Shown here piece by piece: positions 47,187-58,322 of a stretch of DNA of 64,000 nucleotides. The translations under genes were made by a program, and so were the position numbers. How positions within the stretch are numbered: the first letter of the stretch is position 1; each line of letters begins with the position of its first letter. Under the pieces are notes generated by a model, which searched no databases, had not been told where the DNA came from, and worked only from the letters and a program-made list of their open reading frames with translations. Origin of the DNA: Leptospira sp. (GTDB taxonomy: Bacteria; Spirochaetota; Leptospiria; Leptospirales; Leptospiraceae); the NCBI GenBank assembly GCA_034439575.1, contig JAWXAQ010000016.1:160001-224000 (forward strand). Reading direction: 5' to 3'.

Positions 47187-47720
47187 ATGAATTTCATTCT
47201 TATCGGTCCAAGAGGTGCAGGAAAATCAAAAGTTTCTAGATCTCTTTCCAAATTGACTAATTACCCCGTGGTATCTACAGATTCTATTATCGTTTACGAA
47301 GCCGGAGGAATGCCTATTCCTAAATATGTAGACTCTTTTGGTTGGAAAAAGTTTAGAGAATTAGAATATGCAATTTTAAAAAAATTAGAAAATTCTAATG
47401 GAATCATTCTAGATTGTGGTGGCGGGGTCATTTTTGATTTGGATGAAAATGAAAATGAAATCTTGAGCCAAAGGAAATTGGATATCTTAAGAAAAATGGG
47501 AAGTATCGTACTTCTAGAAAGAGACTTCAAAGAACTTGTAGAGAAAGTTGCAGGCGATTCCACAAGACCCGACTTGGCTAAGAACAAAATGTATGAAGAT
47601 ATACTCAAACGAAGGTTACCTTATTATCAGCAGTCTGCAAATATAAAAATCAACGCATCCAATCTCAAAAAAGAAGAAATCGCACAACAGATTTTACAAA
47701 AGTTTGGTTGGAAATCATAA
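47187..47720 (+). CDS. aroK: Shikimate kinase
   Basis: GPRGAGKS, FRELE, CGGG, RP and R.PYY motifs. Confidence 0.85.
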   Translation: MNFILIGPRGAGKSKVSRSLSKLTNYPVVSTDSIIVYEAGGMPIPKYVDSFGWKKFRELEYAILKKLENSNGIILDCGGGVIFDLDENENEILSQRKLDILRKMGSIVLLERDFKELVEKVAGDSTRPDLAKNKMYEDILKRRLPYYQQSANIKINASNLKKEEIAQQILQKFGWKS

Positions 47721-47876
47721 TAATTTACACTTTTTGTATAGATTCTATACACTCCTATATTTCGCCACTTTCCTCATCTTCTTGTTTACTTCTTATGAAA
47801 TTAATGTGATTTCTTCGATTTTTGATTTGCAAATATTCTAAGCACAAAGCGCCCAATGCAATCATTTTGATCAACA

Positions 47877-47893
47877 TTGGTACATTTTCTGCA
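47877..47893 (+). promoter_or_regulatory. Candidate sigma-54 (-24/-12) promoter for gltBD
   Basis: TTGGTACATTTTCTGCA has exact GG-N10-GC spacing, about 110 bp upstream of the gltB start. Confidence 0.45.
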
Positions 47894-47999
47894 TTTTTGG
47901 TCTGCCTAAAATCCCCACAAAATGCTGATTTTAAAAGGATTCGACACGAGATGCTTTTTTAGAAACAAGGTACATTACTTGCTTCAGGATAGGATACTC

Positions 48000-50900
48000 A
48001 TGCATACAGAAAGACATCCACTCTATTTACCCCCACTCGGACCCCAAGCGCAAGGTATGTACGACCCGGCGGATGATAAAGATTCCTGCGGCGTTGGCTT
48101 TATCGCAAATTATAAGGGCAAACGCTCGAGAGACATTATTGATAAAGGGATCAAACTCATGTGCAATTTAGAGCACAGAGGGGCAGAAGGTGCCGATCCA
48201 AAAACTGGAGACGGTGCAGGGATTATGATCAATATTCCTGATGCTTTCTTTCGTAAAGTTTTACCTTTCACACTTCCGAAAGAAGGTGATTATGCCGTCG
48301 GAGTATTATTTTTACCGCAAAACAAAGATACACGAGAAGCAATAGAAAACGTGATCGAAAAGATCATTGTAGACGAAGGCGAAGCGTTTCTTGGATTTAG
48401 AGACGTACCAATTAACAAAGAGTATGCGGGTGTTGTAGCTTCAAAAACCATGCCGGTTTTCAAGCAGGTATTTATTGGAAAAAAATCCAAAAAAATCAAA
48501 ACCTCAGACGAATTTGAGAGAAAATTATTTTTAATTCGAAGGCTCATCGACAGACGAATCCGAAGTGAGTACAAACTAGATCGTTCCCAGTATTATGTAC
48601 CAAGTTTTTCTTCTAGGACAATTGTTTACAAAGGTATGTTACTTGGTGATCAAGTCAAAAAGTTTTATGAAGACTTAAAATCCCCTGACTTAACATCTGC
48701 TTTTTGCCTAACACACACTAGGTTTTCTACAAATACCTTTCCTACTTGGGACCTAGCCCACCCTTATAGACAAATTGCACATAATGGTGAAATCAATACA
48801 CTTCGTGGTAACATGAATTGGATGGCCGCAAGACAAATGGTCATGGAATCTCCGTTATACGGCGATGAACTAAAAAGAATGTTGCCTATCGTTATGGAAG
48901 GACAATCTGACACAGCAACTTTTGACACAGTACTCGAACTACTAGTAATGGGTGGAAGAAGTTTAGCTCATGCAGTAATGATGATGATCCCAGAAGCATG
49001 GTCAAAAAATAAAACCATGGATCCAGATAGACGAGCATTTTACGAATATCATGCGACAATTATGGAACCTTGGGATGGACCTGCGGCTATAGCTTTTACA
49101 GACGGTCGAATTATTGGTGCCACACTGGACCGAAATGGACTTCGCCCTGCTAGATTTATCATTACAAAAGATGATGAAGTCATTTTATCTTCTGAAGCTG
49201 GGGTATTAAATCTTCCACCAGAACAAATATTAAAACAAGATCGTCTGCGCCCTGGTAGAATGTTACTTATCGATATGGAAAAGGGCCAAATTTTGGATGA
49301 TGAAGAGATTAAAAAACAAATCTCCACTCAAAAACCATATCGCAAATGGGTGGAAGAAAAAATGATCCGTATCGGATCTCTACCTGATCCTGATTTCGTA
49401 AAACAACCGCAACACGAAACGATTCTCGAAAGACAAAGAGCATTCGGTTATACTCATGAGGATGTTTTTACGATCGTAAAACCTATGGGTGTGAATGGAG
49501 AAGAGCCAATTGGCTCTATGGGAGTAGACTCCGCATTGGCTGTGTTAAGTGAAAAACCACAACCTTTATTTCGTTATTTCAAACAGAATTTTGCGCAAGT
49601 GACAAACCCTCCTATCGATCCGATTCGTGAGGAACTTGTGATGGAACTGACCACTTATATTGGTCCTGAAGGAAACCTTCTCGACGAACAAGCAGAGCAC
49701 GCCCATCGACTCGAATTAGAACATCCGATTCTCACAAACGAAGAATTTGAAAAAATCAAACAAATCAGCGAAGGTCATTTTAAGTCAAAAACCTTTGAAA
49801 TCTTGTTTAATCCTCTGAAAAAACATGATATGCGAAACTCATTGGATCGAGTTTGTAAGGAAGCAGCTAAGGCAATCCGTGATGATGGGGTGAGTTTCAT
49901 TATCCTAACAGACCACGGAGTGAGTGCTGAACGTGCAGCCATTCCCTCATTACTCGCAGTCTCTGGGCTTCATCATTTCCTAATCCGTGAAGGATTGAGA
50001 ACGAGAGCAGGCATAGTACTTGAGTCAGGCGAACCAAGAGAAGTGGCCCACTTCGCTCTGTTATGTGGATATGGTGCGAATGCCATTAACCCATATTTGG
50101 CATTTGAAACCCTAGCTGATCTCACTCAACAGGGTCTTATTCCCGAAGTTAAAGAATACAAACAAGCAAAGAAAAACTATATCAAATCTATTGGCAAAGG
50201 TTTGTTTAAAGTATTCTCTAAAATGGGAATATCCACATTACAGTCGTACTGTGGGGCGCAAATTTTTGAAGCAGTTGGATTGGATTCTGAGCTTGTAAAC
50301 CACTACTTTGCTGGCACTCAATCAAAAATCGAAGGTTTGTCATTAGAGATGTTGGAAGAAGAAACAGTTCGAAGACATAAAAATGCCTACGATCCAACAT
50401 TCTTCCCGAATAACTTAGAACCAGGCGGGGTTCATTATTTTAGAAAAAATGGTGACACTCACCTTTATACACCAACGACCGTTCACAAATTGCAACGTGC
50501 TACTCAAACTGGTGATTACAAAATTTTTAAAGAATTTACATCACTCATTGATGACCAACATGAAAAAGCGATTACACTTAGAAGTTTATTCAATTTAGAT
50601 TTTGATGGATCAAAAGAAATCCCTTTGGATGAAGTTGAATCTGTAAAATCCATTTTAAAAAGATTTCAAACTGGTGCAATGAGTCATGGCTCTATTTCAT
50701 GGGAAGCGCATACGACTCTGGCAATTGCAATGAATCGTATGGGAGCAAAATCAAATACTGGTGAAGGTGGCGAAGATCCGATCAGGTTCAAAACTTTGCC
50801 TAACGGGGATTCGATGCGCTCAGCGATCAAACAAGTCGCCTCTGCTCGGTTTGGTGTGACTATGGAATACCTCACAAACGCAGACGATTTGCAAATCAAA

Positions 50901-52577
50901 ATGGCGCAAGGCGCAAAACCGGGTGAAGGTGGGCAATTACCTGGACACAAGGTAGATAAATACATTGGTAGTTTGAGATATTCTACACCAGGTGTGACAT
51001 TAATTTCACCACCTCCTCACCATGATATTTATTCCATTGAAGATTTAAAACAATTGATCTTTGATTTAAAAAACTCAAATCCAAGAGCCCGTGTCTCCGT
51101 AAAACTCGTGTCAGAGTCAGGCGTTGGGACAGTGGCTGCGGGAGTTGCCAAAGCTCATGCGGATCATATTTTGATCGCAGGCCATGAAGGTGGAACAGGT
51201 GCGAGCCCTATTTCATCGATTCACCATGCAGGAACACCTTGGGAATTGGGTCTTTCTGAAACCCACCAAACTCTTGTTGCCAATGGACTTCGAGATAGAG
51301 TTTATCTGGCTGTAGATGGTAAACTTCTCACAGGAAAAGATGTGGTAGTCGGTGCGCTTCTCGGTGCTGAAGAATTTGGTTTTTCTACCTCTGCTTTAGT
51401 GACTGTGGGTTGTATTATGATGAGAAAATGTCATTTGAATACCTGTCCTGTCGGTGTAGCAACACAAGATGAATTTTTAAGAAGTAAGTTCACCGGCAAA
51501 CCAGAGTATGTTGTTAATTTTATGACCTTCGTCGCTGAAGAAGTTCGTGAAATCATGGCAAAACTTGGGTTTAGAACGTTTGAAGAAATGATTGGTCAAA
51601 TTCAGAAAATCAAATTCAAAAGACCACACCATCATTGGAAAGCACGAGGTTTGGACTTTACAAAGGTTTTACATAGACCCGTTCCAGTTTTTCCTACAGG
51701 ATTATACCGTATGAAAGAACAGAACCATCACCTAGATGAACAGATTGATAATGAATTAATTAGAAAATCAAGAGCCGCTATTGATCATAAACAACCTCTT
51801 GAAATCAGTTCGCCCATCGTAAATTTAAATCGTTCTGTCGGAACTATGTTATCTCATGAGGTAACAAAAAAATACGGAATAGATGGTCTAGCGGAAGACA
51901 CGATCAAAATAAATTTCGAAGGGACCGCAGGACAATCGTTTGGTGCTTTCACTACAAAAGGTATGACCTTCAAATTGATTGGTGAAGGAAATGACTATGT
52001 CGGTAAGGGATTATGCGGGGGAAAATTAATTTTCCAAACACCAAAAACGGCACCTTACAAAGCAGAAGAAAACATCATTATCGGTAACACTTGTTTTATT
52101 GGCGCCACAAATGGAGAAGCCTATGTGAATGGTCTCGCTGGTGAAAGATTTTGTGTTAGAAATTCTGGGGCAACGGTTGTTGTTGAAGGAACCGGTGATC
52201 ACGGCTGTGAATATATGACTGGCGGGCGAGTTGTAGTGTTAGGTGACATCGGAAGGAATTTTGCCGCAGGTATGTCTGGCGGGATTGCATACATTTGGGA
52301 TCCTAAAAAACAATCCGAAGCTCTAATCAACAAAGAAATGGTAGAATTAGAAACACTTACAGATACAAATGAAATATCGGAAGTGAAGTCCTGGATTCAA
52401 AATTTGAAGGATCATACGGGTTCAAACCGTGCGACCGAAATATTGAATCATTGGGATAAAGAAATTTCAAATTTTATTAAAGTTATACCAACCGATTACA
52501 AAAAAGCTCTCCAAAAACTTAAAGAAGAGCCAGGCTCGACTAACAACAAAAAAGAAGGGGTAACTGCTCGTGGGTAA
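48000..52577 (+). CDS. gltB: Glutamate synthase large subunit
   Basis: [23 protein letters not shown] and CHLNTCPVG motifs, GXGXG domain. Likely start ATG 48000. Confidence 0.98.
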   Translation: MHTERHPLYLPPLGPQAQGMYDPADDKDSCGVGFIANYKGKRSRDIIDKGIKLMCNLEHRGAEGADPKTGDGAGIMINIPDAFFRKVLPFTLPKEGDYAVGVLFLPQNKDTREAIENVIEKIIVDEGEAFLGFRDVPINKEYAGVVASKTMPVFKQVFIGKKSKKIKTSDEFERKLFLIRRLIDRRIRSEYKLDRSQYYVPSFSSRTIVYKGMLLGDQVKKFYEDLKSPDLTSAFCLTHTRFSTNTFPTWDLAHPYRQIAHNGEINTLRGNMNWMAARQMVMESPLYGDELKRMLPIVMEGQSDTATFDTVLELLVMGGRSLAHAVMMMIPEAWSKNKTMDPDRRAFYEYHATIMEPWDGPAAIAFTDGRIIGATLDRNGLRPARFIITKDDEVILSSEAGVLNLPPEQILKQDRLRPGRMLLIDMEKGQILDDEEIKKQISTQKPYRKWVEEKMIRIGSLPDPDFVKQPQHETILERQRAFGYTHEDVFTIVKPMGVNGEEPIGSMGVDSALAVLSEKPQPLFRYFKQNFAQVTNPPIDPIREELVMELTTYIGPEGNLLDEQAEHAHRLELEHPILTNEEFEKIKQISEGHFKSKTFEILFNPLKKHDMRNSLDRVCKEAAKAIRDDGVSFIILTDHGVSAERAAIPSLLAVSGLHHFLIREGLRTRAGIVLESGEPREVAHFALLCGYGANAINPYLAFETLADLTQQGLIPEVKEYKQAKKNYIKSIGKGLFKVFSKMGISTLQSYCGAQIFEAVGLDSELVNHYFAGTQSKIEGLSLEMLEEETVRRHKNAYDPTFFPNNLEPGGVHYFRKNGDTHLYTPTTVHKLQRATQTGDYKIFKEFTSLIDDQHEKAITLRSLFNLDFDGSKEIPLDEVESVKSILKRFQTGAMSHGSISWEAHTTLAIAMNRMGAKSNTGEGGEDPIRFKTLPNGDSMRSAIKQVASARFGVTMEYLTNADDLQIKMAQGAKPGEGGQLPGHKVDKYIGSLRYSTPGVTLISPPPHHDIYSIEDLKQLIFDLKNSNPRARVSVKLVSESGVGTVAAGVAKAHADHILIAGHEGGTGASPISSIHHAGTPWELGLSETHQTLVANGLRDRVYLAVDGKLLTGKDVVVGALLGAEEFGFSTSALVTVGCIMMRKCHLNTCPVGVATQDEFLRSKFTGKPEYVVNFMTFVAEEVREIMAKLGFRTFEEMIGQIQKIKFKRPHHHWKARGLDFTKVLHRPVPVFPTGLYRMKEQNHHLDEQIDNELIRKSRAAIDHKQPLEISSPIVNLNRSVGTMLSHEVTKKYGIDGLAEDTIKINFEGTAGQSFGAFTTKGMTFKLIGEGNDYVGKGLCGGKLIFQTPKTAPYKAEENIIIGNTCFIGATNGEAYVNGLAGERFCVRNSGATVVVEGTGDHGCEYMTGGRVVVLGDIGRNFAAGMSGGIAYIWDPKKQSEALINKEMVELETLTDTNEISEVKSWIQNLKDHTGSNRATEILNHWDKEISNFIKVIPTDYKKALQKLKEEPGSTNNKKEGVTARG

Positions 52578-54012
52578 ACCAACTGGATTTTTAGAATTTA
52601 AAAAAGAATACCTTCAAAAAATCGCACCTAGCGAACGTTTAAAGAACTATAAGGAATTCGAAAAACCATTTCCAGAAGAGACCGCCAAACAACAAGGTGC
52701 TCGTTGTATGGATTGTGGTATTCCTTTTTGCCATGGTGAAACTGGATGTCCTGTTGATAATTTAATCCCAGAGTTTAATGAATTCGTATATAAAGGCAGA
52801 TGGAAAGAAGCTTGGGAAAACCTCTCAAAAACAAATAACTTTCCTGAATTTACAGGGAGGCTCTGCCCTGCTCCTTGTGAATCTGCTTGTACTCTCGGAA
52901 TCATTGAACCACCTGTATCAATTAAGTCCATTGAACGGACAATAGTTGATCGAGCTTGGGAAGAAGGCTGGGTCATTCCACAACCAGCAAGCCACAAAAC
53001 CGATAAAAAAATTGCGGTTGTAGGCTCTGGACCTGCTGGTCTTGCCGCAAGTCAGCAGTTAGCTCGTGCTGGACACAATGTAACACTCTTTGAAAAAAAT
53101 GATCGAATTGGTGGATTACTTCGTTATGGAATTCCAGATTTCAAAATGGAAAAGTGGCATATCGATAAACGTGTCAAACAAATGGAAGCCGAAGGTGTCG
53201 TTTTTAAAACAAATATAAATGTGGGCAAAGACATTACCACCAAACAACTACAATCCGAGTTTGATGCCATTGTTCTTGCCTGCGGGTCAGAAGTGCCACG
53301 TGATTTACCACTACCTGGTCGTGAATTGAAAGGAATTTATTTTGCTATGGAATTCTTATCAAAGAATAACAAGAGTGTTGCGGGTGATCAGATAGAAATC
53401 TTAAATGCAAAAGATAAAAATGTGATCGTAATCGGTGGTGGCGATACTGGGTCAGATTGTGTCGGAACGTCCAATCGTCATGGTGCAAAATCAGTAACCC
53501 AAATCGAACTTTTCCCGGAACCACCAAAAGAAAGAGATGCATCTACGCCATGGCCATTGTATCCAAAAATGTTCAGAACGTCCACCTCACACGAAGAAGG
53601 TGTTACTCGTAAATGGGCAATATCCACTCTCGGATTCAAAGGAAATGACAAAGGCGAGTTGACATCAATTTATGGACAAGAAGTCAAAGAAGAGAATGGA
53701 AAATTCATACCGATTCCAGGATCCGAATTTGAATGGCCAGCTGATTTAGTTTTACTCGCTATGGGATTTGTAAATCCTGTGACTGAAGGTTTACTACAAG
53801 ATTTGCAAAAAGAAGGATTGCAGTTAGATAACAGAGGTAATGTGAAAGCAAATTTCGGCACTAAGCCTGGTAGTTTTGCTACTACTTTACCAAAGGTATA
53901 TGCATGTGGAGATGTAAGAAGAGGTCAGTCACTTATTGTTTGGGCAATTTCTGAAGGTAGAAAATGTGCAGAACAAGTTCACCAGTTTTTAACACAAGAA
54001 ACAGAAGTATAA
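52570..54012 (+). CDS. gltD: Glutamate synthase small subunit
   Basis: [25 protein letters not shown] and GDVRRGQSL motifs. Confidence 0.97.
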   Translation: MGKPTGFLEFKKEYLQKIAPSERLKNYKEFEKPFPEETAKQQGARCMDCGIPFCHGETGCPVDNLIPEFNEFVYKGRWKEAWENLSKTNNFPEFTGRLCPAPCESACTLGIIEPPVSIKSIERTIVDRAWEEGWVIPQPASHKTDKKIAVVGSGPAGLAASQQLARAGHNVTLFEKNDRIGGLLRYGIPDFKMEKWHIDKRVKQMEAEGVVFKTNINVGKDITTKQLQSEFDAIVLACGSEVPRDLPLPGRELKGIYFAMEFLSKNNKSVAGDQIEILNAKDKNVIVIGGGDTGSDCVGTSNRHGAKSVTQIELFPEPPKERDASTPWPLYPKMFRTSTSHEEGVTRKWAISTLGFKGNDKGELTSIYGQEVKEENGKFIPIPGSEFEWPADLVLLAMGFVNPVTEGLLQDLQKEGLQLDNRGNVKANFGTKPGSFATTLPKVYACGDVRRGQSLIVWAISEGRKCAEQVHQFLTQETEV

Positions 54013-54021
54013 ACTAAATCT

Positions 54022-54207
54022 TTAGCGTGGTGTGCATTTACTGCACACTGCGTCATAACATGGAAGTGTCATATTTGCCTTAATTTCTAAGTTCTTTGTT
54101 GGTTTAAAAAACTTCTTGCAATGATACCAAATCAACGAGAGAATTGGAAATAGTAGCTTGAAAGTCGCAAAGCCAACGATGGCTATCGTTAGGTAATATT
54201 GAACCAT
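54022..54207 (-). CDS. Possible small membrane protein with C-terminal Cys cluster
   Basis: 61 aa, one TM helix, C-x4-CxxC at the C-terminus; fills the intergenic gap. Confidence 0.4.
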   Translation of the reverse strand: MVQYYLTIAIVGFATFKLLFPILSLIWYHCKKFFKPTKNLEIKANMTLPCYDAVCSKCTPR

Positions 54208-55230
54208 AAGAGAATACCTTTGAAATCATTAAACAAACATCATTTATTCTTCGCAATTCCTTTCTTTTTCATATTTGCTTCGGGGCTATTTTCAGAAAAT
54301 ATCCTTCTCAAACGTGGTGGCACGATTAAGGGAAAAATTTTAGAACAGGATCAAAATAAAATCCGAATTCAGAAAGAAGATGGATCCATTGCCGTTGTAT
54401 CCAAGGGTGATATTTTAAAAGTCGTATATAAAGAACATATAACTGCTGCAGAAGAAGACAAACTTAGAAAAGCCGAAGAAGAAAAAGCTTTGGCCGCTGC
54501 CGAAAAAGAACGTCTCCGCAAAGAAAAAGAAGAAGCAGAGCGTTTAAAAAAAGAACTCGCCGAAAAAGAAAAAGCGGACAAAGCGAACGCTGACAACAAA
54601 GCAAAAACAGATGCCGATCGTAAAAAAAAGGCAGAAGAAGATGAGCGCCTAGCAATGGAAAGTCGCAAGAACCTAACTCGTGGTGGTGCCACTTGGCGTT
54701 CTGCAGTTCTTCCAGGCTGGGGACAGTACAAACAAGGCCGTAAAGTCCAAGCCTTCCTCTACCCTTCTCTGATTGCAGTTGGTCTTTTCTTTACTTATAA
54801 TGAAAATCGTTATTATTTAAATGCGAAACGGGACTATAACAATTTGGACAATCCTTATACTCAAACTGGCTACTTACGAGCCGCTTTAGGTGCAGGACCG
54901 ACGGTTTCCACAACACCAGTGGACCCGGCCTCAGCTTATATTGCCAACGAAGCATCCCCTTTCAAAGGACAGAGAGAATCTGTAGAAAAACACTACCGCC
55001 AAATGCAGTACATAGGTGGTGCGACAGCTGCCTTATATTTATGGAATGTCTTAGATGCGTTTCTATTTCATCCTAAAAATAATTTAGCAGATGGAAGTGA
55101 GGCAGAGGAACCTAAGGATAGATTTTTTATGAGAACTGCTATGGATAATTTAGATGCCGTGCCTTATTCTTCTATGTTTGAACGACGCTACGAAACAAAA
55201 ACAAATCTCGGTTACGATTTCGTATTTTAA
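54199..55230 (+). CDS. Exported protein with Glu/Lys coiled coil and DUF5683-like domain
   Basis: ENILLKRG..IKG N-terminal domain, EK-rich linker, RSAVLPGWGQY, YLWNVLDA, C-terminal YDFVF. Start uncertain. Confidence 0.7.
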   Translation: MNHKRIPLKSLNKHHLFFAIPFFFIFASGLFSENILLKRGGTIKGKILEQDQNKIRIQKEDGSIAVVSKGDILKVVYKEHITAAEEDKLRKAEEEKALAAAEKERLRKEKEEAERLKKELAEKEKADKANADNKAKTDADRKKKAEEDERLAMESRKNLTRGGATWRSAVLPGWGQYKQGRKVQAFLYPSLIAVGLFFTYNENRYYLNAKRDYNNLDNPYTQTGYLRAALGAGPTVSTTPVDPASAYIANEASPFKGQRESVEKHYRQMQYIGGATAALYLWNVLDAFLFHPKNNLADGSEAEEPKDRFFMRTAMDNLDAVPYSSMFERRYETKTNLGYDFVF

Positions 55231-55371
55231 TTTACTAATGACGTTTCGTAGGTGTCCCACTAAGGCCCGTTAGCGAATTCTCACCTAACGCAAACTTTTT
55301 TAAAATCAAGATTAGTCCGCAAATTTGGATCAATTTCTATAATGATTCTACTTCTCATTTAACACACAATG

Positions 55372-55385
55372 ATGACAATTATCAA
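55372..55385. promoter_or_regulatory. FNR/Crp-family-like box upstream of ccoN
   Basis: ATGACAATTATCAA resembles TTGAT-N4-ATCAA; the same 12-bp core recurs at 63882-63893. Confidence 0.5.
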
Positions 55386-55506
55386 TCAATTGGAATCAAT
55401 CCAAGATAATGTATTTGTATAATCTTCTCGTCCATTTACATATACGGTAATATTGTGAAAGGGAACCACTCTTCTCCTTCACATAGCTAAGTAAAGGAGT
55501 GAGACA

Positions 55507-56937
55507 TTGGCTACAGAAAAACCTCAATATGACGATTTTATCGTAAAAGGGTTTATCATTTCAGCTTTGATTTGGGGTGTTGCATCGATGTTATTCGGTG
55601 TCATCATAGCATTTCAATTGGTATATCCACAGCTGAATTTGGAACTTCCTTGGACGAGTTTCGGACGACTTCGACCCCTACATACAAATGCCGCGATTTT
55701 CGGCTTTGCACTAAGTGTCATTTTTGCAACAGCCTATCATACGATACAAAGACTCTGTCGCATTCGTATGTGGAATGATAAATTGTCAATCATACACTTA
55801 GTATTGTACAATTTATCCATAGTGCTTGCGGCAATCACTCTACCTTTGGGCTTAACACAATCAAAAGAGTATGCTGAACTTGAATGGCCTATTGATCTAC
55901 TAATCGTTGTTTGGTATGTGATATTTCTTGTAAACTATATGGCGACAATCTTCAAACGAAAAGAAGAACAAATGTATGTTGCCATTTGGTTTTACCTTGC
56001 ATCCTTTATCACAGTACCACTTCTATTTATAGTGAATAACATTGTAATACCAGCAAGCCTTACAAAGTCCTACTCCGTTTACTCTGGATTATTCGATGCG
56101 AATATCCAATGGTGGTACGGGCATAATGCGGTAGCTTTTGTATTAACGACACCATTCCTCGGTTTGATGTATTATTATTTGCCAAAACACATCAAACAAC
56201 CCATTTACTCACATAGACTTTCGATCATTCACTTTTGGTCTTTGATCTTCATATATATATGGGCTGGGCCTCACCATTTGTTGTATTCTCCACTTCCAGA
56301 TTGGTTACAAACGACTGGTATGGTTTTTTCCATCATGTTGTGGATGCCATCATGGGGCGGGATGTTAAACGGCTTTTTAACTTTAACGCAGGCTAAAGAT
56401 AAAATAAAAGTGGATGCGACACTCAAAATGATGTTAGCGGCTGTTACATTTTATGGAATGTCAACGTTTGAAGGTCCCCTACTTTCCATTAGAGCGGTTT
56501 CAGCTCTTGGACACAATACAGATTGGATTATTGGTCACGTTCACTCAGGAACCCTAGGTTGGGTTGGCTTTATGTCAGCAGCGGCTCTTTATTATTTAGT
56601 TCCTAGAATTTGGAATGCGAATCTCTACAGTGAAAAACTAGCAAATCTACATTTCTGGTTAGGAACCTTAGGAATTCTCCTCTACATTATATCAATGTGG
56701 GTATCGGGAATTACAGAAGGATCTATGTGGAGAGCTGTCGGTGATAATGGAGAATTGGTTTATAAAGATTGGATAGAAATTGTAGAATTTTTAAAACCAT
56801 TTCGACTTTTCCGAGCCATTGGCGGAACCCTTTATTTAACAGGTATTTTACTAATGGTATATAACTTTATAAAGACGATCCAAACCAAAGATAGTGGATT
56901 CGTTGAACAAGACCTCAGAATAGGAGTAAGATCATGA
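55507..56937 (+). CDS. ccoN: cbb3-type cytochrome c oxidase subunit I
   Basis: FGRLRPLHTN, QWWYGHNAV, WAGPHH and GHVH motifs. Confidence 0.97.
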   Translation: MATEKPQYDDFIVKGFIISALIWGVASMLFGVIIAFQLVYPQLNLELPWTSFGRLRPLHTNAAIFGFALSVIFATAYHTIQRLCRIRMWNDKLSIIHLVLYNLSIVLAAITLPLGLTQSKEYAELEWPIDLLIVVWYVIFLVNYMATIFKRKEEQMYVAIWFYLASFITVPLLFIVNNIVIPASLTKSYSVYSGLFDANIQWWYGHNAVAFVLTTPFLGLMYYYLPKHIKQPIYSHRLSIIHFWSLIFIYIWAGPHHLLYSPLPDWLQTTGMVFSIMLWMPSWGGMLNGFLTLTQAKDKIKVDATLKMMLAAVTFYGMSTFEGPLLSIRAVSALGHNTDWIIGHVHSGTLGWVGFMSAAALYYLVPRIWNANLYSEKLANLHFWLGTLGILLYIISMWVSGITEGSMWRAVGDNGELVYKDWIEIVEFLKPFRLFRAIGGTLYLTGILLMVYNFIKTIQTKDSGFVEQDLRIGVRS

Positions 56938-57632
56938 TGTTAGGTTTTAATAAACTTTTAGAATGGTTTTCCAATATTGCTGATCATTGGGATACAAAAA
57001 GTATCAAGTTTACTGTATATGCAACCATCGCAGTGTTGATTGGTGGCCTATTCGAACTTGTGCCACCGTTTTTTCTGACAAAAACAGTCACACCTATTTC
57101 TACAGTTAAACCTTATTCTGCTCTAGAACTCGCTGGTAGAGACGTTTATCAAAAAGAAGGTTGTGTGAGTTGCCATACCCAAATGGTTCGTCCGTTTAAA
57201 TGGGAAGTCGATCGTTTTGATCCTACGAAAAAATTAGGAAGAAATGGTTACTCTAAAGGCGGAGAATACGTTTATGATCATCCTTTCCTTTGGGGTTCAA
57301 AACGAACTGGTCCTGATTTAGCACACGAGGCTTTGATGTTACGGTCTGATGAGTGGCATAAAAATCACCTTCTCAATCCCAGAACACTTGGTGGTGTTCC
57401 AAACTCAATTATGCCGGCCTATCCTTGGTTATTCGAAAAAGACCATATGATAAATGCAGATCAAATTCTTTCTAATATGAAAGCGCTCTCTAAAGTAGGA
57501 GTGCCTTACACCGAAGAAGATTTTGCAAAGGCGGCTGAACTTGTGAAAGGAAAAACGGAAGGAGATGCTTTGGTTGCCTACTTGCAAAAGTTAGGTCGTG
57601 ATTCAGCTGAATTACAAAGCACAATTAAGTAG
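56934..57632 (+). CDS. ccoO: cbb3-type cytochrome c oxidase subunit II
   Basis: EGCVSCHTQMVRP, WGSKRTGPDL and SIMPAYPWL motifs. Confidence 0.96.
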   Translation: MMLGFNKLLEWFSNIADHWDTKSIKFTVYATIAVLIGGLFELVPPFFLTKTVTPISTVKPYSALELAGRDVYQKEGCVSCHTQMVRPFKWEVDRFDPTKKLGRNGYSKGGEYVYDHPFLWGSKRTGPDLAHEALMLRSDEWHKNHLLNPRTLGGVPNSIMPAYPWLFEKDHMINADQILSNMKALSKVGVPYTEEDFAKAAELVKGKTEGDALVAYLQKLGRDSAELQSTIK

Positions 57633-57640
57633 ATACTTTT

Positions 57641-57790
57641 ATGAATGATTCAGATATACTTCTTATTTATAAAAGCCTTCGATTGCCATTTCTTGTAATC
57701 GCAATCGGATACATTACCTACTACGTTTATAAAAAACGAACAAAAGAAGAAATCGAGCGTCCTGCGCACAGAATGCTCGAGGAGGATTAA
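57641..57790 (+). CDS. ccoQ: cbb3-type oxidase small subunit CcoQ (not in the ORF track)
   Basis: Hand translation MNDSDILLIYKSLRLPFLVIAIGYITYYVYKKRTKEEIERPAHRMLEED (49 aa, one TM), lying between ccoO and ccoP. Confidence 0.8.
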   Translation: MNDSDILLIYKSLRLPFLVIAIGYITYYVYKKRTKEEIERPAHRMLEED

Positions 57791-57793
57791 TCT

Positions 57794-58321
57794 ATGAAAG
57801 AACCGAAAGAAGTAGATGGGATATTCCAAGCGGACAATCCTATGCCCACATGGTGGCAGTTAGTTTGGCTAATTAGTATCATTATATCAATTGGCTATGT
57901 TGTGTATTTTCACTGGTTTTCAGATTGGCCACAAGATGTTGCTTATGAAAAGGAAGTGGCTGAACATGAAGCTAAATTCCCATCTAAACCTCAGTTAGTT
58001 GCCACAACGGATGGATCAAATCCATATCGCGGAGATGCTGTCGCCATCAAAGAAGGCGAAGCTACTTATAAACAAATATGTGCTGCATGTCACGGACCAA
58101 ATGCAGAAGGAGCTGTGGGCCCAAGTCTTGTTGATAAAGATTGGATACATGGTAATTCAGATAAAGAAGTCTTTGAAAATGTTATGACAGGAATAGGACC
58201 AGAAAGACAAAAACTGAATCGAGGTGGCATGCCTGCTTGGAACGGTTTAGGTGCTGAAAAAGTCTATTCTGTGTTAGCTTGGCTTGCTACAAAGAATGAT
58301 ACCTTGGTGAAAGCAAAATAG
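57794..58321 (+). CDS. ccoP: cbb3-type oxidase subunit III, short mono-heme form
   Basis: DGI..DNPMP.WW N-terminal domain, a single CAACH, GMPAW. Confidence 0.88.
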   Translation: MKEPKEVDGIFQADNPMPTWWQLVWLISIIISIGYVVYFHWFSDWPQDVAYEKEVAEHEAKFPSKPQLVATTDGSNPYRGDAVAIKEGEATYKQICAACHGPNAEGAVGPSLVDKDWIHGNSDKEVFENVMTGIGPERQKLNRGGMPAWNGLGAEKVYSVLAWLATKNDTLVKAK

Positions 58322-58322
58322 T

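Noticed and set aside
54440..54660. GAAAAAGAA-type quasi-repeats
   Set aside because: Explained by a Glu/Lys/Ala coiled-coil coding region; not a DNA-level repeat array.
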